The notes under the pieces are model-generated. The model was given only the letters and a program-made list of their open reading frames with translations. It had not been told where the DNA came from and searched no databases. This document shows, piece by piece, positions 27,762-36,036 of a DNA stretch of 53,925 nucleotides; position 1 is the stretch's first letter, and every line of letters starts with the position of its first letter. The stretch covers positions 1 to 53,925 of the forward strand of contig JBBQXX010000001.1 in assembly GCA_038209235.1 (NCBI GenBank), in the 5' to 3' direction. Position numbers and translations under genes: made by a program. This DNA is from Sphingomonadales bacterium (GTDB lineage Bacteria > Pseudomonadota > Alphaproteobacteria > Sphingomonadales > Sphingomonadaceae).

Positions 27762-28391
27762 ATGGCAAGATACGCATTGGTTCTGGCGCCGCTGGCATCG
27801 GCCTTAATGGTTGGCGCGTGCAACGCGCCGACCGCAACCTCCGCCCAGAGCGAAACGGCAGCTATAAAGCCTGCCGATGCGATCTCACAGCCCGGTCCTG
27901 CGGTGGGTGCCATGGCTTCGGCGAATGCCGCGATGGCAACCGCGTCGGGAGAAACCAGAACCATTCTGGACATGGCGGGTCCCAACGGCGTGGTGCTGGT
28001 ATTCAATCGCTCGCTGGAATGGTGCCCCTATTGCAAGGGCCAGGCGATCAAGCTGAACACTATGGCCAAGCAGATCACCGATCGCGGCTATGGTTTGACC
28101 GTGCTGACCTATGACAGCCCGGCAAAGCTTGCCAGCTTTGCCAGCAAGGAATCGATAGGCTTCGCGTTGATGTCCGACCCCCGGTCGCAAACCATCGACG
28201 CCTTTGGCGTACGCGATCCGCAATATACCGAAGGCAAGGCGGTTGGGGTTCCCTTCGCCTCGATTTTCATCCTGTCGCCCGAAGGCAAGGTGCTCGCCAA
28301 ATCGGTCTCGTCCGATTACAAGGTGCGCCCGACCGACGATGAAGTCATCGCGCTGATCGATCAGGCTGACGCGGCAAAACCGTTGGGTTGA
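27762..28391 (+). CDS. AhpC/TSA peroxiredoxin-like (redoxin) lipoprotein
   Basis: Lipobox VGAC; FNRS..WCPYC and L.SDP....I.AFGV motifs. Confidence 0.82.
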   Translation: MARYALVLAPLASALMVGACNAPTATSAQSETAAIKPADAISQPGPAVGAMASANAAMATASGETRTILDMAGPNGVVLVFNRSLEWCPYCKGQAIKLNTMAKQITDRGYGLTVLTYDSPAKLASFASKESIGFALMSDPRSQTIDAFGVRDPQYTEGKAVGVPFASIFILSPEGKVLAKSVSSDYKVRPTDDEVIALIDQADAAKPLG

Positions 28392-28547
28392 CCGCTGGGC
28401 TCGCCAGGTTGGCAAACGGCACTGTCAAATCGACGACAGACCAGCTACCATCCCCCGGTTGGTCCGATATTTCATCCGTTGTTCATCGACAGCCGACCAT
28501 CAGGCGGCGTGGCACGCATATCGTTCAGATGCATGAAACAGGTGGCA

Positions 28548-29933
28548 ATGCACTTTATGGTCAAACGATGGGGCACTGCCGTCACACGGTCGGCCACGCA
28601 CATGCTGGCCTTGGCGGGCATGCTGGTGCTCGCGGTGCAGCCCGCCGCTGCGCAATCGATCCTGCGCGATGCAGAGACCGAGGCGCTGCTCGCCGATATG
28701 TCGCGGGATCTGATCGCCGCTGCTGGACTGCTGCCCTCCAACGTTAACGTCGTTGTCATCAACGACCGCAGCATCAACGCCTTTGTTGCCGGCACGCAGG
28801 ACGTTTATATCCACAGCGGGCTGATCGAGGCGGCAGGCAATGTGAACGAGGTTCAGGGCGTGATCGCGCATGAGATCGGTCATATCGCCCTCGGCCATTC
28901 TATCACCCGCTCCGAAAGCGCATCCAACGCATCCAGAATCACCATCCTATCGCTGCTGCTGGGCATTGCGGCGGTCGCAGCAGGCGCTGGCGAAGCTGCG
29001 CTGGGCATCATCGGTGCTGGGCAACAGGCGGCGTTGGGCAATTTTCTGGCGCACACGCGCGGTGAAGAGGCTGGCGCAGATGTCGCCGGAGCCAAATATC
29101 TGTCGCAGGCAGGCCTGACCGGCAAGGGATCGCTCAACTTCTTCAAGCGGCTGCAGAACCTGGAGTTCCGCCTCGCGATCCCGCAGGTGGACAGCTACAA
29201 CCGCTCGCATCCGCTGTCGGGCGAGCGCATCACGCTGCTTCAGGAAATCTACGAGAACGATCCTGCCTATGAACGGCCGATAGAAGCGACGCTTGAGGCG
29301 CGGTTTCAGCGGGTGAAGGCCAAGCTGGTCGGCTACGTCGCAGACCCGGCCGAGACGTTGCGCGACTATCCAGAAAGCGACCAGAGCGTACCTGGACGCT
29401 ATGCCCGCGCCTACGCCTGGCATAAGAGCGCCTATCCTGAAAAGGCGCTTGATGCGGCGCGCTCGCTACTCGCCGAAGCTCCCGATGATCCCTATTTCCT
29501 TGAGATTTACGGCCAGATTCTGCTTGAATCGGGCCGCCCCAAAGAGGCCATCGCTCCCTTGCGCAAAGCTGTTGCCAGCACCAACGCACAACCGCTGATT
29601 GCAGGGGTCTACGGCCATGCACTGATCGCCAGCGAAGACCCCGCCAACCTGCCCGAGGCCGAGCGCGTGCTGAAGGCCGCAGTGGCGCGCGATGCCGCCA
29701 ACCCGTTCGCCTGGTATCAACTTGGCGTCGTCTATGCCGATCGCGGCGACACGCCGCGCGCCGCGCTGGCCAGCGCCGAACGCTATGTGCTGGAGGGCAA
29801 TGCACCCCAGGCGCTGCGCAGTTCGGAACAGGCGCTGACCAGCCTGCCGCAGGGCAGCGCCGACTGGATCCGCGCGCAGGATATCGCGATATTGGCGCGC
29901 GATGCAGTTGAACGGCAGGCGCGCCGCCGCTAA
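28548..29933 (+). CDS. M48 family metalloprotease with TPRs (BepA/YfgC-like)
   Basis: ILRDAETE, INAF, VIAHEIGH (HExxH), E..AD, SHP....R and a TPR tail. Start is uncertain (28479-28611). Confidence 0.92.
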   Translation: MHFMVKRWGTAVTRSATHMLALAGMLVLAVQPAAAQSILRDAETEALLADMSRDLIAAAGLLPSNVNVVVINDRSINAFVAGTQDVYIHSGLIEAAGNVNEVQGVIAHEIGHIALGHSITRSESASNASRITILSLLLGIAAVAAGAGEAALGIIGAGQQAALGNFLAHTRGEEAGADVAGAKYLSQAGLTGKGSLNFFKRLQNLEFRLAIPQVDSYNRSHPLSGERITLLQEIYENDPAYERPIEATLEARFQRVKAKLVGYVADPAETLRDYPESDQSVPGRYARAYAWHKSAYPEKALDAARSLLAEAPDDPYFLEIYGQILLESGRPKEAIAPLRKAVASTNAQPLIAGVYGHALIASEDPANLPEAERVLKAAVARDAANPFAWYQLGVVYADRGDTPRAALASAERYVLEGNAPQALRSSEQALTSLPQGSADWIRAQDIAILARDAVERQARRR

Positions 29934-29973
29934 GCGCACATAAACCCTCGCCCTGTTTAACCGAAAGCCCGCC

Positions 29974-30804
29974 ATGAAAAACCGCACCTCCTCCTCTGGC
30001 GAGGCATCATCAAGGAATTGGCTGTTCATGGCTGTCGCTGCTTTGCTTACCATCGCTGCCGGAGTTGGCACCTTCCTGTGGCAGAGCGGCGGGATTACCG
30101 CTGAAACTGGCAAGGCTGCGCAAAATGCGAGCACGGCCGCCGCAGCGGCGGGCTTCGATACGCAGGACAAGGCTGCTATTGAGGCGATCGTGCGCGCCTA
30201 TATCCTGGCAAACCCCGAGATTATTCCTGAAGCGGTGCAGTTGCTCCAGACCCGGCAGGCCGCCAAGCGGATCGATGCGGTGCGCGCCAGTCTGGAGACA
30301 CCGTTTGCCGGGGCCTATACAGGCAACCCCGATGGCGATGTCGTTCTGGTCGAATATTCGGATTTCGCCTGCGGCTTCTGCCGCCAGAGTGTCAGCGATG
30401 TGGCGCGGCTCGTAAACGAGGACAAGAACCTCAAGATTGTCTTTCAAGAGCTTCCTATCCTGTCCGACGAAAGCCGTGTCGCCGCCGCCTGGGGTCTGGC
30501 AGCAGCCCAGCAAGGCAAATATTACGCGTTTTACAAGGCGATGTTCGGCGCGGGAAAGCCTAGCCAGGCCACTATCGAACAGTCAGCCAGAACCGCCGGT
30601 CTGGACATGGCAGCAGCGCGCAGTTTTGCTGCCGCCAAAACCACCGATGAAGTCATCGACGCCAACATCCGCATTGCCCAGCAGCTGGAGTTCAGCGGCA
30701 CGCCCAGTTGGGTGGTGGGCAACAAGGTTTTGAATGGCGCGGTCGGTTATGACGATCTGAAGGCCGCAATCGACGAAGCGCGCGCCGCCAGGGTTGCAGG
30801 CTGA
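29974..30804 (+). CDS. DsbA family protein (Com1-like)
   Basis: YIL.NPEII.EA, EYSDFACGFC (CxxC), ELPIL and GTP motifs. Confidence 0.92.
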   Translation: MKNRTSSSGEASSRNWLFMAVAALLTIAAGVGTFLWQSGGITAETGKAAQNASTAAAAAGFDTQDKAAIEAIVRAYILANPEIIPEAVQLLQTRQAAKRIDAVRASLETPFAGAYTGNPDGDVVLVEYSDFACGFCRQSVSDVARLVNEDKNLKIVFQELPILSDESRVAAAWGLAAAQQGKYYAFYKAMFGAGKPSQATIEQSARTAGLDMAAARSFAAAKTTDEVIDANIRIAQQLEFSGTPSWVVGNKVLNGAVGYDDLKAAIDEARAARVAG

Positions 30805-30814
30805 TTTTGTCAGG

Positions 30815-32632
30815 TCAGGTCCGCAGCCGCACCAGCCGGTACATGCCAATCTGGCCGTAATCTTTGTCGAGTTCCACGCGACCAACATAATACTGGGTGA
30901 ATGCATCGGCATTCTCGAGCGCCAGCATCGCAGCAAAAGCCTCGGTGCAATAGACCGCGCCGGTTGGCGTCACCGGCTCGATCCGCGCGGTACGGGTAAC
31001 CTCGGTGCCAAACCACAACGGTTGCTTCACCACCCGGTCGAACCCCTTGTAGATCGGTCCGTGATGCACACCGATGCGCATCCCCATCTTAGCGCCATTG
31101 CCCGCACCATCGCCTCGCCCGATCAGCTCGGGCGGCGGTGTCGCCAGCCGTTCCTGCAACAGGATGGCGACACGCGCGGCAATCGCGGGGGTCGAGATGA
31201 CCGCGTACACCGCATCGCCCCAGGTGTTGCGAAACAGGATATTATCGCCAAAATCATCGAGCACCTCGCCGATTGCCCCCATGACCTTGGTGGCAAAGGC
31301 AGGCAGTTCGCGCTCGCCCAGCTTCGAAAAGCCTTTGTAATCGGCAAACAGGATCGAATAAGCGCCGCGCTCGAGGGTATCGTCACCCGGATCGACGTAT
31401 GGAAAGTTCAATTGGCGATCAACCGGCCCAGCTTCGACCACCACGCTCTCACGCCCCAGCGCGCGCCACAGCGCCATATCAGCATGCGTGCCCGCAATAT
31501 TCGATCGCACCAGCGCGGCTGCATTATCGCTCAGCACGGCCAGTTGCACCGCGCTGGTCTCCAGCTGGCGGGCGCGGATTTCGGCCAGGCCCAGCGCCAC
31601 ACGGGTGCCATAGGCAAACTGGTTGTCATCGCCGACAAAGGCCGATTCGGTCGCCAGAACGACTTCATCGGCAGCATCGATACAGGCCCGATAGCGTGCC
31701 TCCCAGCCAGCGCCGCCACAGCGCACCGATTGATCGAGAAAATCTGACTCCTTGAACGGCAGCACCACGTTCAGCTCACCACCGCGCGCCAAAATCGCCT
31801 CGGCGACCAATATGTCCGCCCCGCAGGCAAGCGGGCCAAAGGCGATGCAAGTGCCAAGCTCGTCCAGCGCTGTATCGATCCGCACGCGCAGGTCCGGCTC
31901 GGCAGCGCAGCCTTCGACAAACATATGCCCGCAGTAGACCAGAACCGGTGGCGGCCTGAGCGCCTCGATCACCGGAGTTACCAGCGCTGCATCCAAGCCG
32001 GGCCGCGCGGCCAGCCGTTGGAATTGGCGAATGGTCGAGGCGCGATCGGCAAAGGCCACGCCGATGATGCCGCGCACCTGTTGCAGCGCTTCAGCCAGGC
32101 CAGCTGCATCGCCGAGCAAAAAACACGCTTCCATCTGCGATGCGAGCGTCCAGTAATCGGCGTCGCCCGACGCGCCGATTGCCTGTCGCACGCTGGTTGC
32201 AAGTGCGCGCGCTGCTTCGTCCCGGCCAGCGAGCATCATCAGGCTGGCGGCATTGATCGCGGGGTAATGCTCTCCGCTCAAGTCATACGCGCGGACATAG
32301 GCCTCGCCTGCCCGGTGCAACAGATTGGTCCGCTCGACCCCCTGCTGCAAAAACGCCTGCTCTTTGAGGATGCGGCCCCTTAATGCCAGCGAATCGACCG
32401 CATCGTGCGCTTCCAGCCCCAGTTCGTCATAAAGCCGCAAAGCGCCGTCATAATCGCCAAGTTCGGTGGTCAGCCGGACGACCAGATAATCGAGCTGGGG
32501 TGAACGGGTGCCCAGCTCTCTGCCCCGCTGCAGCAGATCAAACGCGGCCAGCACATCACCATGCGCGCGGTCGGCGTCTGCGGTCGCGAGCAGCAGCCCG
32601 GCATCGCGCAGGATTTCATCTTTGGTTGGCAT
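30815..32632 (-). CDS. TPR (TRAF-binding/DUF4071/TPR-S-like) + SLOG-like + class III nucleotide cyclase fusion protein
   Basis: N-terminus: L.GRI.K, Y..INAA, DYW..AS..EA..LLG and ST.RQ helical-repeat motifs. Middle: Rossmannoid YCGHM...GPLACGADILVAEA...VVLPF. C-terminus: ILFADYKGFSKL, NTWGD, RIG.H.GP, FG.EV...ARIEP and G.VY.TE.F cyclase motifs. Confidence 0.85.
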   Translation of the reverse strand: MPTKDEILRDAGLLLATADADRAHGDVLAAFDLLQRGRELGTRSPQLDYLVVRLTTELGDYDGALRLYDELGLEAHDAVDSLALRGRILKEQAFLQQGVERTNLLHRAGEAYVRAYDLSGEHYPAINAASLMMLAGRDEAARALATSVRQAIGASGDADYWTLASQMEACFLLGDAAGLAEALQQVRGIIGVAFADRASTIRQFQRLAARPGLDAALVTPVIEALRPPPVLVYCGHMFVEGCAAEPDLRVRIDTALDELGTCIAFGPLACGADILVAEAILARGGELNVVLPFKESDFLDQSVRCGGAGWEARYRACIDAADEVVLATESAFVGDDNQFAYGTRVALGLAEIRARQLETSAVQLAVLSDNAAALVRSNIAGTHADMALWRALGRESVVVEAGPVDRQLNFPYVDPGDDTLERGAYSILFADYKGFSKLGERELPAFATKVMGAIGEVLDDFGDNILFRNTWGDAVYAVISTPAIAARVAILLQERLATPPPELIGRGDGAGNGAKMGMRIGVHHGPIYKGFDRVVKQPLWFGTEVTRTARIEPVTPTGAVYCTEAFAAMLALENADAFTQYYVGRVELDKDYGQIGMYRLVRLRT

Positions 32633-32635
32633 CGC

Positions 32636-33865
32636 TCAGCGACCCCTTTCGGCGGCGGCAAGCAGATCGACATTGGCCTGCTCGGTGGCGTTCAGGCTGA
32701 CATTATCTGCTACCGGGCGATACCACGCAAAGCGACTGAAATGGTTGCGCAGCGCCGCCTTCTGAAACCGCCGCCCCTTGCGCGCAAAAATCTCGTTGCG
32801 CGCCAGCCGCAGTTGCTGCGGGCCAAGCGCGGCGATGTCAGCCTCGCCCAGCCGGCGCGAATCGGAATCGGGGATGATCTGGCCATCGCGCGAGCCTGTT
32901 GCGGTGCCGGGGCCAGTGACGGGGCCAGTGATGGGGCCGGGAGCAGGTTCCGACGGCGTGGCAGGGACAGCGCCACCCAGGCTGACGGCAGGCGCGGCGG
33001 CCGCCGGTGGCGCAGCGGCCACCGGAACGCCATCGCGCAACAGCCTGATCCGGCTGCGCGCCATAAAGCCGGTCAGGCCATCGGCGGTGCGCACCTGCCA
33101 CCACGACCCGGTTTGTTCAAACGTGGCAAAGGCCTCGCCTGTATTGATCTTGCCGACAATTTCCGCATTAGTGGCAGGCTTGGCGCGGATGTTGGTAAAA
33201 CCATCGGGATCATCGATCATTGCGGCAAGGCGATAGCGTCCCGTTGCATCATCGCTGGCATTCGGCGCGTCGCTCGCCTGACTGTCTTCGGCGGTCTGCG
33301 GGGTTTGCGGTTCGAGGGTATCCTGAACATCACCGCCCAATGCCATCCAGGCGGCAGCCACCAGGACAAGCAGCAGAACCACCGTCCCTGCCCCCAGCAA
33401 TGCAGGCGACAGGCGCGATCCGGCGGGCGGTGGCGGCGCAGGTGACACAGCCGCGATGGGCTGGATGTTCCCCGGCGGTCCACACAAATCGCTAAGGCTG
33501 GCCTGCACCTTACGCCATCCCGAATGGTCCGCCTGCCCCTGCCAGTCGGCCAGCGAGGCAAACTGGATCTGGTTGAATGGCATTGGCGGCATAACGTCAT
33601 CATAGGATGTCTGGATCAGCTTTTTCTGGTTGCGCGCCAGATCGGCCTCCGCCCGCACCCATTCGGATTGCGCCGCATCGGCAGACCAGCAAACGATCGC
33701 AGCACGCGCAGCAGCGATCATCTCGGTGATGACATCGCCATAGCTTTTGTGCGGCGGCAGTTCGTCATCCCACCAGACGACATAGCCCAGCGCCTTGACC
33801 GCATCGGCCAGCACCCGCACGCGTTCGCGGTTGCTGCGTGAATAGGATATGAAAACATCGACCAT
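32636..33865 (-). CDS. TIR domain - TM - SH3b - YARHG protein
   Basis: TIR: DVFISYSR...WWD...WS..A..SEWVRAEA. One hydrophobic helix at 33342-33403. SH3b: DPDGFTNIRAKP...WWQV....G.TGFM..S.I. YARHG-type: LRLARNEIFARKGRRF...HF..F.WY.P...E..N..L. Confidence 0.88.
   Translation of the reverse strand: MVDVFISYSRSNRERVRVLADAVKALGYVVWWDDELPPHKSYGDVITEMIAAARAAIVCWSADAAQSEWVRAEADLARNQKKLIQTSYDDVMPPMPFNQIQFASLADWQGQADHSGWRKVQASLSDLCGPPGNIQPIAAVSPAPPPPAGSRLSPALLGAGTVVLLLVLVAAAWMALGGDVQDTLEPQTPQTAEDSQASDAPNASDDATGRYRLAAMIDDPDGFTNIRAKPATNAEIVGKINTGEAFATFEQTGSWWQVRTADGLTGFMARSRIRLLRDGVPVAAAPPAAAAPAVSLGGAVPATPSEPAPGPITGPVTGPGTATGSRDGQIIPDSDSRRLGEADIAALGPQQLRLARNEIFARKGRRFQKAALRNHFSRFAWYRPVADNVSLNATEQANVDLLAAAERGR
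32909..32938 (-). repeat. In-frame 12-bp tandem repeat (GPIT/GPVT) in the SH3b-YARHG linker
   Basis: GGGGCCAGTGAC GGGGCCAGTGAT GGGGCC on the + strand. Confidence 0.85.
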
Positions 33866-33984
33866 GATCGGCTCCCCGGCAGGCGCGCCACTGTCCGCAA
33901 TGCCATCATCAAACGCAAGCGAAACCGGCCAAGCCGATCGGTTGAGGCTGGCACCGGGCAGCGGTTCGCCATAAGGCCATCGTC

Positions 33985-34992
33985 ATGATCCGGCTGTTGC
34001 TTGCCCTGCTGTGCTTTACGCTGTCGCCCTTTGCGCATGCCGCACCTGCGCCCGATGCCGCCGCCGGACTGGCAGACCTTCGCGCAGCCGACGCGCGGGT
34101 GCTGACAATCGGTTACCGCCTCGCCACCACAAACGCACCGTTTTGCCGCGTGACCGAGAATGCATCGGGCATGACGCTGCATCACATTGGCCAATATGGC
34201 GATGGGGCGGCAGCGCGTGCGACCTTCGGCTTTGCCCGCGAATATGCGGTGCTGGCGCTGGTGGCCGATGGTCCGGCGGCAAAAGCCGGGGTGCAGATCG
34301 ACGATGCGCTGGTCGCGGTGAACGGCAGCAGCCTGCAGCCGACGGCAGCCCAGCTTGCCGCCATCGACCAGCCTGCGGCCTATCGCCCGATCGCCTGGGC
34401 AGACGCGACATTGCGTGCCGCGCTGGACACCGCGCCTGTCAGGCTCTCGGTGCTGCGCGATGGTGCGGCTGTCGATGTCACTTTAACCGGGGTTCGCTCC
34501 TGCCGCAGCCGCTTCGAACTTCGCCCGACCAGCAACTATGGCGCGTCGGCCGATGGCGATATCGTCAGTATCACCAGCGCGATGCTGGGTTTCATGGCTG
34601 ACGATGACGAACTGGCCGCAATTCTGGCGCACGAGATGGCGCACAACCTGCTGGAACACCGCCGCAGGCTGAACGACGCGGGGATACAGCGCGGCCTGAT
34701 GCAGCAGCTGGGCCGCAACGCGCGGCTGACGCTGGCCACAGAGATCGAGGCGGACCGGCTGTCGATCTGGCTGATGGCCAACGCCGGTTTCGATCCGGCA
34801 GGTGCGGTGCGGTTCTGGACGCGATACGGCAAGCAACGCGGCAAAGGCATTTTCTCAGCCCCGACGCATTACCGCTGGAAAAAACGCGTCGCGCTGTTCG
34901 AGGAGGAAATCGCCAAGCTGGCGGCGGCACACCGTCAGCCCGAAGGCTGGATGCCGCCTTTGCTTGCCGAAACGCCACCGCCACTGCAATAA
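33985..34992 (+). CDS. Secreted M48 metallopeptidase with PDZ-like domain
   Basis: Signal peptide ending AHA; GPAAKAGV..DD.LV.VNG (PDZ); DDELAAILAHEMAHN, E.EAD and PTH motifs. Confidence 0.88.
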   Translation: MIRLLLALLCFTLSPFAHAAPAPDAAAGLADLRAADARVLTIGYRLATTNAPFCRVTENASGMTLHHIGQYGDGAAARATFGFAREYAVLALVADGPAAKAGVQIDDALVAVNGSSLQPTAAQLAAIDQPAAYRPIAWADATLRAALDTAPVRLSVLRDGAAVDVTLTGVRSCRSRFELRPTSNYGASADGDIVSITSAMLGFMADDDELAAILAHEMAHNLLEHRRRLNDAGIQRGLMQQLGRNARLTLATEIEADRLSIWLMANAGFDPAGAVRFWTRYGKQRGKGIFSAPTHYRWKKRVALFEEEIAKLAAAHRQPEGWMPPLLAETPPPLQ

Positions 34993-34999
34993 GCTACGA

Positions 35000-36013
35000 T
35001 CACGCCCTTGCTGCCGGTCTCCGCGCCAATTCCAGCGCAAAGGCAGCCAGTAACGGCAAAAACATGAACGTCGCACCCCACGTCATAGAAATGATCAGCC
35101 AGACAAGATCGAGATTGTCCGCCGAATAAAGGCGCTCGGGTTCCAGACCGAAACCGGCCCGGATAAGTGGATAGTCGCCCGGACACTGGCTTTCAGTATC
35201 CTGCGAGGGTGCCAGCTTGCCGCCAACCGCCTGACGAATCTGCTTCTGCGCATCTTCACGCCAGCCACAGCCAAGCACCATCCGGTCGCGCGCGGCATCT
35301 TCAAACACGAACCTTTGGCTGATCAAATTATAGCCTATTGCCGAGCTGAACGTCGCAAGCGTCGCTATGACTGCAAGCTGGATCAAGGTTTTGCGGGCCA
35401 ATGTTTTAGCGATCAACAATCCCACGACAAAAAAGGCTGCTACCATGAAGGCCAGAATGACAGTTTGTACGTTGCCTTCAGGCGGCGCAAATCCAGCCAG
35501 CCAGCCAACCACTGGCAACGCTGGGAGCAGCACGACCAGCAATGGCATGGTTATATCTGTTCGCTCCGCGCTTGGTCTGGGCCTCGCGGCCTGAGTCGCT
35601 ATCTCGGACAAAGGCTGTGAACTGCGACCGTTGAGCGCTGCTGCGCTGGCGCATATACTACGCCATGCCGGGTCATTGCGGTCGCCTGTCCAGTGACCCA
35701 TGCGAACACACTGCATCTGATCAAAGGGCATGGGCAGTATCGCATCGTCAATGGCTGCCTGAATCAGTTTACCAGCCTGTCGCGCCCGGTCCGCTTCGGA
35801 ACGCACCCATTGTGAACGTGCGGCCTCCTGCGACCAGACGACCAATACCGCTTTGGCGCCACCAAGTTGCTCTTCGATTTCCTCACCATAGTTGCGATGT
35901 GCCTGCAGCTTGCGGTCCCACCAGACGTCAAAGCCTTCATCGACAAGGGCTGCGGCAATATTTTCTGTCTGCTCATGCGTTCGGCTTGAATAGGAAATAA
36001 AAATATCCGCCAT
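35000..36013 (-). CDS. TIR domain protein with about four C-terminal TM helices
   Basis: DIFISYS...WWD...WS..AA.SQWVRSEA TIR domain followed by four hydrophobic segments; visibly more AT-rich than its neighbours. Confidence 0.87.
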   Translation of the reverse strand: MADIFISYSSRTHEQTENIAAALVDEGFDVWWDRKLQAHRNYGEEIEEQLGGAKAVLVVWSQEAARSQWVRSEADRARQAGKLIQAAIDDAILPMPFDQMQCVRMGHWTGDRNDPAWRSICASAAALNGRSSQPLSEIATQAARPRPSAERTDITMPLLVVLLPALPVVGWLAGFAPPEGNVQTVILAFMVAAFFVVGLLIAKTLARKTLIQLAVIATLATFSSAIGYNLISQRFVFEDAARDRMVLGCGWREDAQKQIRQAVGGKLAPSQDTESQCPGDYPLIRAGFGLEPERLYSADNLDLVWLIISMTWGATFMFLPLLAAFALELARRPAARA

Positions 36014-36036
36014 CTGGGTGTTCCCCGTCAAAACTC

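Noticed and set aside
16270-32938. Short tandem repeats as CRISPR arrays
   Set aside because: They have no spacers, lie in frame inside coding genes, and no cas genes are present.
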